From Lingula anatina (Eukaryota; Animalia; Brachiopoda): a stretch of DNA of 64,000 bases. Below, one piece after another: positions 38,701 through 47,981 of the stretch; within the stretch, counting starts at the first letter, position 1; each line of letters starts with the position of its first letter. The notes under the pieces are model-generated. The model was not told where the DNA came from, did not search any database, and saw only the letters and a list, made by a program, of their open reading frames with translations. The translations under genes were made by a program, and so were the position numbers. The stretch is from the NCBI GenBank assembly GCA_051362555.1, contig CM120640.1, positions 17,608,001 to 17,672,000 on the forward strand, given 5' to 3'.

Positions 38701-41474
38701 GGAATCTATTCAGTGTTTATTTGGGGAATATGTGGGAAGCTTACAAGTAGGTCGGCTATATATTATATTATAGTGGATCTGTTAGTCTGCAGATCAACTT
38801 GTTCTGAATGCTTCCTAACATAGTACCACCTAACACAATCATATTTAAGAAAATGTCACACCTAACACACTATCATTTTAAATATCTTTACAGAGAAATG
38901 TTTTTCAATAACAAAAAGTTAATGAAATGAGAAAGTTTTATACTCTTACACTATGTAAAATCAGTCATTGAAACAAATTAAAAATCTTTTTTCAAGTCTC
39001 AAGATATCTTGATATTTATGTTGAGGTATTTGGAATTTTAGGAAGATCATGAACTTCTGCCGCGCCCGGAATTCTAAGAAGATAGAGGAGACAAATCTCT
39101 ACACAAGATGGGAGCAGGACTTTGATCTTGGCACCATGCCACCTCTTGGACTCTTTGATGAATATTTGGAAATGGGTATGACTTTTTAAAACCAAAGACG
39201 ACAAATAAAGTTTCAGTGATTCACTACACCCAGTGTCTATTGTCAGTTTCAGATAAGTATGAAACAATGGATATTACTGCATTGAAGATATACAAATCAT
39301 TTCCATCTTTATAGAGTCAAATAACTTTGGTCAACGTATTATAATATCATAGTTGAATCATAACTTTTTTCTCTTATTATAGTCCTACAATACGGTTTTG
39401 TCACCTTGTTTGTGGCTGCGTTTCCACTGGCACCTCTGTTTGCTTTGATCAACAATGTTATTGAGATACGACTGGATGCTTACAAGTTTGTCACACAGTG
39501 GAGAAGACCTTTGGCAGACAGGGCGCAAGATATAGGTAATGTTTTTTTTTTCTGAAAATGTAGACCTTTTAACTGTGCAAGTGATGGTATTGAACGTAAT
39601 TTTGATTCAGAGGGGACCTTTTCTCATCCAATATGGTGGGTCCGATTGTACCTCCAAAACCCACCCTACCTATGGGACCTGATTTGCTTGATTTAAAATG
39701 ATATAAATATTACATTTATTATTAAATTAATCTGCTTAATAGTTATTATGTTCATCATTCCAGGCATTTGGTGGGGAATCCTGAACACTTTAAGTATGCT
39801 CTCGGTGCTCACTAATGTAAGTACATCTAACAGTGTTACAACAACCATGCCACCATCACTTATCATGTTAACACCTTTTTAAACCACACCCATAACACTT
39901 CTGCTGATACTCAATTGTTTATTTTTAACTGAGTATGAAACAAACATTTTATGTGCTGCTTTGTATGTAAAATTACTTGTATTTTTTACTTATAAAAAGT
40001 CATCTGCTGTCCTTATTATTTACAAGTACATTGAACTTAGGAAAGAATAAAAACTTTTAAGTGCAGTTTTGTATTTAAACCAATTTGAAATTCTGCATAA
40101 CATTTTTTAACCTATGAAATATCTCTTTTATATTTCAGGCCTTCATTATTGGTTTCACATCAGAGTTTGTTCCAAAGCAGCTATATCTGTTTACACAAAG
40201 TACCACTGGGGATCTGACTGGATACACAAACTTCTCCTTATCTTCATTTGATGTCAAAGATTTCCAGAATAAAAGTATCCCCAACGATCCTAAAATAGAT
40301 GTTTTTGGAAATGTTACTAGCTGCATGTAAGTAGTCTAGATTTTGTTATAATGTAATCACTCATATATTTCATGCACAGACACAATAGGATTCATGCTAT
40401 CAAGATCTTTGACAGAGATTGACTGAAAAACACTGTTGTAACACAAAAACAGTCACTGTTTAGTTTCAAACTTATATATTATGTAACTGTTTAAATGTTC
40501 TCTCATTAATGTGTTTTTTGGAGAAGAACCCCCCCCCAAAAAAAAAAAAAAAACAATTCTCTAAGTAGAGTCCATTTTCAAAAATTTGCTTCATTAATGA
40601 CAAGTAGACTCTTTTAATTTGAAAAATCAACAACAGTATTATATCTTGTATTTGTAACCAAATGTTCCCCTAAGGTCACATTACTCTGTCTGCATGATAG
40701 TTAATGTACTCAACATAGTATACATACTCTATTAATTTTGTAATTTTTAAAGGTACCGAGATTTCCGTGAGGACCACGCACCTTACAACCCCACTCTCAC
40801 ATACTGGCATGTCTTAGCTGCCAGGCTAGCCTTTGTATTGGTCTTTGAGGTAAACAATTGTTTTACTGTTTTTCAAATATGTTGAGTCAGTGTTGTGAAA
40901 ATTTATAGAATAACAATTTCAGAGTGCTTTAAATTTTTGGAACTTCGAGATTTAGGTGACAGAAGATCTATGTTAAAAAAATCCATGAACCAATTTTATG
41001 GTGCTTTTAAAGCCTTTAATGCCATTTCCAATACCAAGTGCACCTCATCTCTTTATTCAGAATACTATATCAAAACATGTTTCCTGGATCTTTGTGGAAA
41101 TTAAGTCATTTCAAACATTTACTGTTACTAAGTGGACTACTATTGATTTTTTTGTGAACTGAAGTTGGCCAACTTTTAGTCTAAAATTTCAGACCAATTT
41201 AGGGTCTGTGACAGTTTTGTTAACCATGTTTTCACACAGTCTGAATAAACATCCAATTTAATCACAGCACAGGGGTTATACTGTAACTATATCAGCTTTG
41301 TTTCTTATCTTCCAGCATGTTGTATTCTTACTTCGCTTCATTGTTGCCTTCATCATCCCTGATGTACCAGGTTTCATCAAGATCCAGATGCTGAGAGAGA
41401 ATTACTTAGCCAAGGAAGCTCTTTACACGGCAGAACTAGAGAAATCTAAAAACGAAAGAGAGAAGCAAGATTAA
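9429..41474 (+). CDS. Anoctamin (TMEM16) Ca2+-activated channel/scramblase, ANO3-7-like, ~950-990 aa depending on isoform
   Basis: Phase-consistent exons: 1A 9429-9561 or 1B 14741-14876; 15165-15290; 18650-18709; 20721-20801; 22115-22180; 22781-22833; 23099-23263; 24789-24887; 25371-25498; 28193-28302; 28635-28690; 29246-29302; 29505-29569; 29885-30019; 30552-30718; 30926-31008; 31546-31608; 31817-31891; 32280-32444; 32921-33069; [35820-35877 or 36516-36573]; 38467-38564; 39042-39175; 39383-39535; 39764-39816; 40139-40326; 40753-40849; 41316-41474(TAA). Hallmark motifs: [112 protein letters not shown]. Confidence 0.95.
11545..13820 (+). mobile_element. Decayed DIRS-type tyrosine-recombinase retrotransposon (3' part) in the anoctamin first intron
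   Basis: Frameshifted remnants of the methyltransferase-like domain (FPPFSL-like, ~12020). YR motifs: [79 protein letters not shown]. The 3' inverted repeat 13513-13596 / 13737-13818 fits the ICR/terminal-repeat layout. The left boundary is approximate. Confidence 0.85.
13036..13202. mobile_element. hAT-like MITE nested in the DIRS recombinase gene
   Basis: Perfect 15-bp TIR caggcccgtagccag/ctggctacgggcctg. It interrupts the YR frame at SGI|DT. TSD degenerate (aatag/gatag). Confidence 0.75.
14741..14876 (+). CDS. Anoctamin alternative first coding exon 1B ([23 protein letters not shown]...)
   Basis: Kozak-like gtcATGG, purine-rich 5'UTR-like leader, donor G|GTATGT in phase 1. Confidence 0.7.
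15807..15992. mobile_element. PIF/Harbinger-like MITE, copy A
   Basis: TTA TSD on both sides. TIR ggaagcattcacaacag/ctgttgtgaacgcagcc. Homologous in inverted orientation to 38607-38815. Confidence 0.7.
16754..17310. mobile_element. Young foldback MITE with 156-bp terminal inverted repeats
   Basis: 16754-16909 is the reverse complement of 17155-17310 with about 3 mismatches. 3-bp TAT on both flanks. GAG/CTC termini. Confidence 0.9.
20318..20615. repeat. Tandem duplication, 2 x ~149 bp
   Basis: agaattat.taattg.aatcttctt...cagacattttaactgcacatataattctcatctcccttgctt at 20318 and 20467. Confidence 0.8.
24912..25112. mobile_element. Small GC-rich palindromic insertion (MITE remnant)
   Basis: Perfect 16-bp inverted repeat actttggatcgatcta (24927-42) / tagatcgatccaaagt (25070-85). 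Termini unclear. Confidence 0.5.
29623..29700. repeat. (GT)n microsatellite
   Basis: Direct reading. Confidence 0.95.
30963..31318 (+). repeat. 66-bp minisatellite (5 full + 1 partial unit) derived from an anoctamin exon-intron junction
   Basis: Unit tgagatagagtatgagtggg(a/g)tgtggcacattttgaggaggaggag|gtaagatgatgtactgccag. The first unit overlaps the coding exon. Confidence 0.92.
33243..35395 (+). mobile_element. Non-autonomous Helentron-type element (HINE/DINE-1-like) with an internal ~144-bp satellite array
   Basis: 5' hairpin agtaccaccag..ctggcggtact, GC-rich ggctcc microrepeat, 3' subterminal IR gctggtggtac (35346-56), 3' stem-loop gaggcg-gtat-cgcctc, terminal ctagtt, T-rich flanks. Confidence 0.82.
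34030..35075. repeat. Tandem array of ~7 units of 142-146 bp inside the HINE
   Basis: atctccaaaa(c/t)tg recurs at 34039, 34185, 34331, 34473, 34617 and 34761, and is degenerate at ~34903 and ~35040. Confidence 0.9.
35820..35877 (+). CDS. Anoctamin mutually exclusive exon A: (R)[19 protein letters not shown]
   Basis: cttacacAG acceptor, GAG|GTACAC donor, 58 nt, phase 2->0. Homologous to exon B. Confidence 0.8.
36516..36573 (+). CDS. Anoctamin mutually exclusive exon B: (R)[19 protein letters not shown]
   Basis: tttctgcAG acceptor, GAG|GTTATA donor, 58 nt, phase 2->0. Matches the canonical anoctamin FVGxPGxY motif. Confidence 0.9.
37014..37695 (-). mobile_element. PIF/Harbinger deletion derivative
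   Basis: CTG TSD on both sides. TIR gggcctgtttcacgaagcagt/actgcttcgtaaaacgggccc. The minus-strand ORF contains [16 protein letters not shown], resembling a Harbinger transposase N-terminus. Confidence 0.8.
38607..38815. mobile_element. PIF/Harbinger-like MITE, copy B (inverted relative to 15807-15992)
   Basis: TAA TSD. Shares ggaatctattcagtgt and gatctgttagtc with the reverse complement of copy A. Confidence 0.7.
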
Positions 41475-42154
41475 TACCTCTGTATTCAGAATTTCAGTGT
41501 TAACAAGAAATGATTTTTGCACTTTTTTAGATAAAGGATGAATAATTGAGGGTTGTTATACAGGAAAAGTAAAGAGTCTAGATATGTGTATGTATATATC
41601 TCATTGTCTTTGTGTACAGTTATGTATCAGGGGCTATTTTTTACAAAGGAGAAGACTTGATCTTTCTGTCATATGTTTACTACAGTTGTTAAAGGTTCAC
41701 AATATGCTCAGGAGATATGCTTTGTTGACTGTATTCTTGATAAGCTGAGAAATTGATTTACATTTTTATAACAAAATTGTATCTGTTACTTTGCAGATAC
41801 TGGTCTGTGAATTCTATATTGTTGATAAATGTATGCCACTTTCACCAATTACGGTAAATCTATTAATTTTAAAGTTTTTAATGTTTTATGAAGAGCAGAT
41901 TTAGATAATACCAGCATTAAATGCAAAGGCAATCAGTTTGAATATTTGAGCAAGCAACAATAAGGGATTTGGTTTTCAATTCCACATAAGATATTTGTCC
42001 GTATTGGACAAATTATGCCATTGTTTGTTTCAAGAAAAAATAATTGGTTAATTGTTTTGAGAATGAATATATTGGTTCTGATAAAGTCGGTTACATTTTT
42101 GTGCAGATGATCTATGTTGTCTGCTTATTACAAGATTCTGTTCTGGCAGTTCTG

Positions 42155-42441
42155 AGGCCTGTTTCACAAAGAAAAACTCAGTTTTGAGGTTAAGCTTAGA
42201 CTGCTAAACTGGACATTTGAAATTATAAGTGTATACATGTAGTTGTGATATTGAAGTGGCTATCATCACCACTCAAGAGTTAAAATCATCACTAAGACAA
42301 TCACAATATGCTCTGTGGGCTTGGTAAAAAACCAACAAAACAAGGTATGCGTAGTCTTTTTAGATCAGCTTAGCTATTTATTCACACATAAATCTTTGCT
42401 TTGACAAATTTTCAACTTCAGTCATTTTGTGAAACAGGCCT
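42155..42441. mobile_element. Harbinger-like MITE in the probable anoctamin 3'UTR
   Basis: CTG TSD. Perfect TIR aggcctgtttcacaaa/tttgtgaaacaggcct, related to the TIR at 37014. Confidence 0.8.
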
Positions 42442-43394
42442 CTGGTTTCATACTTAGATATATACAGTGTACATAATCAGTACTTGAAAATTTGTTTACA
42501 TTTTCAATTTTGTAAGTTTATTTTTTATCTGTTGATTCTGTATCAATTGTAGAGTGCATTTTATTGGATTTAAACAGATATCATGGTAGGATATCACAGA
42601 CTCATTCAGTCTGAAAATGTTTGTACAGAAGGTGTGAAATACACTGATTTTTGCCGGAGCATGGTTCTTTCAGCTGTTCTGGAATATTTACAACAGTTAA
42701 CCTATTTTCTTTGAAATTTTTCTCTAAAATATCTCCCTGATCACACATAAAGGTAGTCATTTTCATTATTTCAAATTATTGCAGCACCATACAGTTTAGA
42801 TTAAAGAAGGAGATAGCTATATATTTTTTCTATCAAATTGTACTATCTGGTGATCAGTATCAAGCTTGGATTCACAAATTATGTCAAATGTATCTATGTC
42901 TTTGTTATTCTAGTCGTGAAATAAGCACTGTTAAAATTTAAAACACTGACAGAATGTGTGTAAACAGTTGTCTTTAGAATAAGTGAATCCAGAGCAAAAA
43001 TTCTAAATGCTTGACTAGAATTGTTTTCATTTTGCGAAATTTGCAATTGTCTGCACCGCAGGCCGTGTTCACAGTCATGACAGAGCTTTGCTCATCTCCC
43101 TTTCAATATACTAGGACGTGTACCGGGTATGTGGGTAGATTTAATTCACCTCTCAGTAGGTGATTGTTGTTTTCTATAATGGGTTTAGCTTCTTTTATAC
43201 GTGTTTCTTGTGTTGCATGCACTTAACGCCGAAACCGTATTCTCAGAGTAACAGTACAAATATAATTATTTTCCTTCTCCTTGGGTCATTTTCCAAGTGT
43301 AATATTTGACCATTAGCTCATGTAAAGAAAACGGCTACTACTACTACCAGATTTTTGAAAACGTATTTTTATTACGTTAATAGGATTCTTTATA

Positions 43395-43400
43395 AATAAA
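43395..43400 (+). terminator. Candidate anoctamin polyadenylation signal
   Basis: AATAAA ~1.9 kb after the stop, followed by a GT-rich tract. Confidence 0.45.
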
Positions 43401-44167
43401 AGAGCATTTGTAGAACGGTAACCTGTTTCTGTTGTTAGGTACTTACATTTACTTCCCGCCAAAGATTCATTTGCTTCACTAGTGACAATTTAGCAACTGT
43501 CAAGCAATTAACTTTTCGTTAAATTTTTATTTCAAATTGATCCGAAACGTGTCTGATATCATAATGTGTAATAATTATTTACTGAACATTTTCATACGAA
43601 TGATTTCAACATGGTATAAATAAATCATAAAGCCAAATGATCAGATGGATGGACGGATAATTTATTCCAGCTTGAATACTGGCAGATACTGGTAGTACAA
43701 AATACAAGTTATAAACACACTAAAAGTACGATTATATAAATAAGAATATCACATCGTCGCTGAAGAATATTTGCAAGCATTTACGCTGTAAAGGCTGTAA
43801 AGCATTCATTTCTGCTAAATTTATGAAATAATTACAAAATACACTTGTCTATATACATAAGTGAAATATGTCCCTTTATCCATGAGAACACAAACAAATT
43901 AAAATGCCTTGAATAATATTTATATATATACTTTGATAGCCAAAAAATAACTAAAAGAAGCACAGCACACCAACATGATACATCTTTAAAATAACCTTAT
44001 TATTTTGGTGATTGTACGTCGCATGTTGGAAACCGCAAACCAAAGTCAGAAGTTTTCTGAATTTTAAAGATACATTAAACAAGATACATGATTTCAAGTC
44101 TATTGAGCCTGAGTGACATCCGTGATTATGTCTCTTGTAAGGTAATCCAAGTGTACATTAAGTTCCT

Positions 44168-45256
44168 TCAGGGTAACGGAATGTCGTCAAAATCACTGAG
44201 ATCCTCACTATCTGCTGCAGTATCATATTCCGCATATGAGGAAGTGCTGTTTGACAAGAAAGTCTCTTCTGGTGACAATAATTGTTTATTTTCGTTGCCG
44301 AACTGACAGTATTGATACCTGTAGATATGATAAATCGTCGTCGATGAGGAGGGTCTGTAGAATCCTGACGTGCCACCAGAACAAAACGTGGACTCGCGAC
44401 TTTGGAATATGTCGCTTGATGTGTCAAGTCCAGAATCGCATAAGGTGCTACGCTGACGCTCTCGGCATGACGGCGGCACGTCCTCGTGAACCATTTCGCT
44501 TCTACTCAGCTGTCCAAGGAATGTTGTTTGAGTTGATTTGTTAAATCTAGGGCTCAGCGAACATTTGGTGGGCACAGGGATGGATGTTTTCTGGGCCGAT
44601 CCTGGTCTGGGTTTTCGTCCCAAGGACAAGGCGCTTAAACGACTTTCGTTCTTTGTCCACAAACCACTTTCAGATTCACTGGACGTCGTCTCAGGTAGGC
44701 CTACTTTATCTGTGAAATCGCACTCCTGAACAAGCAGCATTGGAGAGGGTCTGGTCTGCTCTCTCTGAGAAGGATGCGTGGTGCTGTTAGCACTCGTCAC
44801 CCGACCAGTACCAAAATGACTTTTGTCCAACAAACCACTTTCAGAGTGACATTTTAAGGTGTCTCGCTGACGCTCTTGGCATGACGGCAGCACGTCCTTG
44901 TGAATTACTTCACTCCCATTCGGCTGATCAAAGAACAATCTTCGGCTGGTTCTTTCAGCTAATTTTTCTGATTTGTTGGTATTAGGATCCAGCGAACATT
45001 TGATGGGCCGAGGGAGGGATGTTTCTTTGATTTTATGGATCGATCCTGGTGTGAATGTTCGCCCCAAAGACAAAGCGCTAAAACGACTTTCGCTCGGTAT
45101 CCACAAACCACTTGTAGATTCACTGGACGTCTCAGGTACATTGTCTGTGAAATCGCACTCCTCAACAACCAGCGCTGCAGGGGGTCTGGTCGTTTCTCTT
45201 TGTGAAGGACGAGTGGTGATGCTTGTCACTCGGTTAGAACTGCAAACGACGCCCAT
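44168..45256 (-). CDS. Uncharacterised intronless 362-aa Ser/Thr-rich protein with two ~135-145-aa internal repeats and a likely lipidated N-terminus
   Basis: 1.09-kb ORF with raised GC in an AT-rich background. MGVVCSS start. The two repeats differ by in-frame indels only. Confidence 0.72.
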   Translation of the reverse strand: MGVVCSSNRVTSITTRPSQRETTRPPAALVVEECDFTDNVPETSSESTSGLWIPSESRFSALSLGRTFTPGSIHKIKETSLPRPIKCSLDPNTNKSEKLAERTSRRLFFDQPNGSEVIHKDVLPSCQERQRDTLKCHSESGLLDKSHFGTGRVTSANSTTHPSQREQTRPSPMLLVQECDFTDKVGLPETTSSESESGLWTKNESRLSALSLGRKPRPGSAQKTSIPVPTKCSLSPRFNKSTQTTFLGQLSRSEMVHEDVPPSCRERQRSTLCDSGLDTSSDIFQSRESTFCSGGTSGFYRPSSSTTIYHIYRYQYCQFGNENKQLLSPEETFLSNSTSSYAEYDTAADSEDLSDFDDIPLP

Positions 45257-45926
45257 TCCGTTTTAAACATATGATGAATAATTTGTCGCACCGACGATGA
45301 CAAGTAAAGAACCTTCCAAAATTCTTTATTAACTCTTGTAAGAGTTTCCCAAACTTTTTTTATCATATTGGGAATTTTCTAAAAGTAGCAAACAAATGTT
45401 GGAATTTCCAGCTAAGTCAAATGGTTGAACTTATTGAACTGAGTTTTGAAATAATATAATAGAAGGCGTGAAAGACGATCACGTGCTCTTAAATCAATAC
45501 ATTGTCGTTACCTGCGTAAACAGTTTTATTTACCTAGCCGTCAGGCTTAGGGCATGCATTCAGTCAATATTAACAAGTTAGTTGACGCACATTAAAGTAT
45601 CGAAATAAACCATTCGATAACTTCATTTGCCGACGTTACCAAACACTGCTACTATTTAAAAAGAATTATATAAATTTAGGAGTTTGAAAATGCACCAAAG
45701 CCATATTTTCTGTCTACTTTCATATCCCAATTTAGAGTCTTTCATTGGTTTAAAAAGTATGGTATCTGATAAAACCCCTACTTGTCATTGCTATTACCTT
45801 CTGCAATGTTCAGGGAGAAATGGCATTACTGTGGAAAATGTGGTATGAAACATCAAATTCAAGTCGACCAATGATCTCACCTTTTTCAAAGAAACATTGA
45901 TTTTGCGGGAATTTCGTGACTTTTTA

Positions 45927-45927
<1 letters not shown>

Positions 45928-45987
<60 letters not shown>
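45928..45987. repeat. (TTA)n microsatellite
   Basis: Direct reading. Confidence 0.95.
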
Positions 45988-45989
<2 letters not shown>

Positions 45990-46121
45990 TTAAGTGTAAA
46001 ATCCTTTAAAGTTCGGTAATCTTTACAATTTTGAAAATTTAACGTATTTTAATTTTATTTTAAAAAATAATAAGACGGGATATACAACAGTAGTTAAGGT
46101 ATTGAAGTAAAGGGCATATTA

Positions 46122-46354
46122 CGGGGGCGGATCCAGGATTATTTGAAGGTCCGGAAAACCAGGATTTGAAGCCGACCATCATCCCTTTGTTGTTTTGGAG
46201 AGCAAACAGTGCCCTTTTGTACGGTTTAGAACTATAATTTAGCTAGTCAAAATTCTAATTTCAAGAGGGGAATATTGGTGTGATATATTTTTCAGAAACC
46301 AAAGGGGGGGGGGGGGTCAGGACACCCCCTGACCCCCCTCTAAATTCGCCACTG
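46122..46354. mobile_element. Degenerate hAT-like MITE
   Basis: Termini cgggggcggatcca / taaattcgccactg, with G- and C-runs near the end. TSD not preserved. Confidence 0.5.
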
Positions 46355-47724
46355 ACATTAATAGTTCAATACATGAAACGTCTGATGAAAGAATTTCAAC
46401 AATAACAATTATTTTAACAAATATAATTAAATGAAACTATTTCGCTATTTTTTTTAGTTCTGAGTAAAATTTCCAAGTAAAATTTACCAAAAAAACGCTC
46501 CATTCTTTCAAAAAATAAAAAAAAGATTATCTCCACCCCAATGAATACGCATAGTAGCCTAAAATCATATTTCTGAGCATTTCAAGTTTCCCTGCATGTG
46601 TGTCTTACTTAAGCATTCCTATTCAGAAAACGTGAATAAAGAGTGCAATTCAGTTACATCCATTATTGACAATACGATATGGTGACGAGGCACAGTCAAA
46701 TGTTTTACATGACACACTGCATGTGTAATTATTACAGTATTGAGTAATTAGCAAGGCATTCGTTACCAGGCACTGTGAGAATATATATAGGCCTAGGCCT
46801 ACTTGAGGTTAAAGTGATAATAACTCTTCGTTTCGGCCAAAAAATGAATTTTCCTGGAGTAAACAACAATTTTCCCATACTTACCAATGGTTAATGAATC
46901 CATTTTTACATTCAAAGTTAGTCCCTGGTTTTTTTCTAAAAAGTTTGGTTTTTTGTTAAAAGAGTATAGCCATCAATGGAGGTCACGTGGTCTAAAGACA
47001 AGCTCAGATATCAGAATAATAGCTATAACAGCCGTTTTTGTGGGAAAACAGAATATATTATATTTTTATGAGTCACTCACAATGTTTTTATTGTGAAATA
47101 CAGATTTCATACGAAGAGTTATTATCCCTTTAAGGACAAAATGCGCCAGTAAAATAAACGTGCATCTCGTTATACCCCTTTACCGCACTCCAATTTTTTT
47201 ATAGTAGGCCCAATATAAACGCAAATTTTATCCAAAAGGGCTGTCATTTTAAAAAAAAATTTTCTATAGGGGCCTAGAGAAATAGACTAAAACCTTCGTT
47301 ACTGAATACGAAAATTCAACATACAGTAGGCCTACTAGCAAGGCATAAATTTTAAATTTATACAAAACCCAGATTCATCACTTTCTGTCAACAGACATTT
47401 AGAAAAAGTAAAAAATCATGAATAAATCTTTAACTTTATGTCCACTTTTCTGTTTTCCTCAAATGGATCTACCCATAGGCCTATAGGCCTATATTGTGAA
47501 CGAGATTTATACAGTCGGCTTTAGGCCTTACACAGGAAGCAAGTCTTCATTATTAATTTTTGACCAAGATTGTCAATAAACCATTTTGATGAATAAGTGT
47601 GCTTCGTCGTCAATTCTGTTTCTGTAATCATAGTTCGCGCGGCTTAGGAAATATATGCTACACGTAATATTACAGGGAAAAGTGAGGTCACCGATAAGAT
47701 TGGGTGCTGACCACATCATGTTGA

Positions 47725-47770
47725 TGACGTCATGTGACTTCGAGCTGACCTAGTTTACAAACTACTTCCG
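47725..47770 (+). promoter_or_regulatory. Proximal promoter motifs of the VWA gene: CRE, overlapping M-box/E-box, ETS
   Basis: TGACGTCA (47725-32) overlapping TCATGTGA, and ACTTCCG (47764-70), ~210-260 bp before the ATG. Confidence 0.45.
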
Positions 47771-47981
47771 CAAGCGCTGATACTGAACGTCGCAGTTGTA
47801 CCTGAATATAATATAAGCTTTGGTTAATGGTAATCAATTTCTGTATTAACAGAGTTGGAATATCAATTCCAATCAAAACTGTTGTTCTTCTTCGAAGCAA
47901 ATACGCAAAGGACGCTTATGAGACGGTAACCAGCGTTTTCCTTTGCTCCATGCTACTGTGTTGTGAAACTGGAAAGTGAAA

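Noticed and set aside
44168-44200. C-terminal DFDDIPLP resembling the bacterial SSB tail DFDDDIPF
   Set aside because: No OB fold and no terminal Phe. It is a short acidic match likely due to chance.
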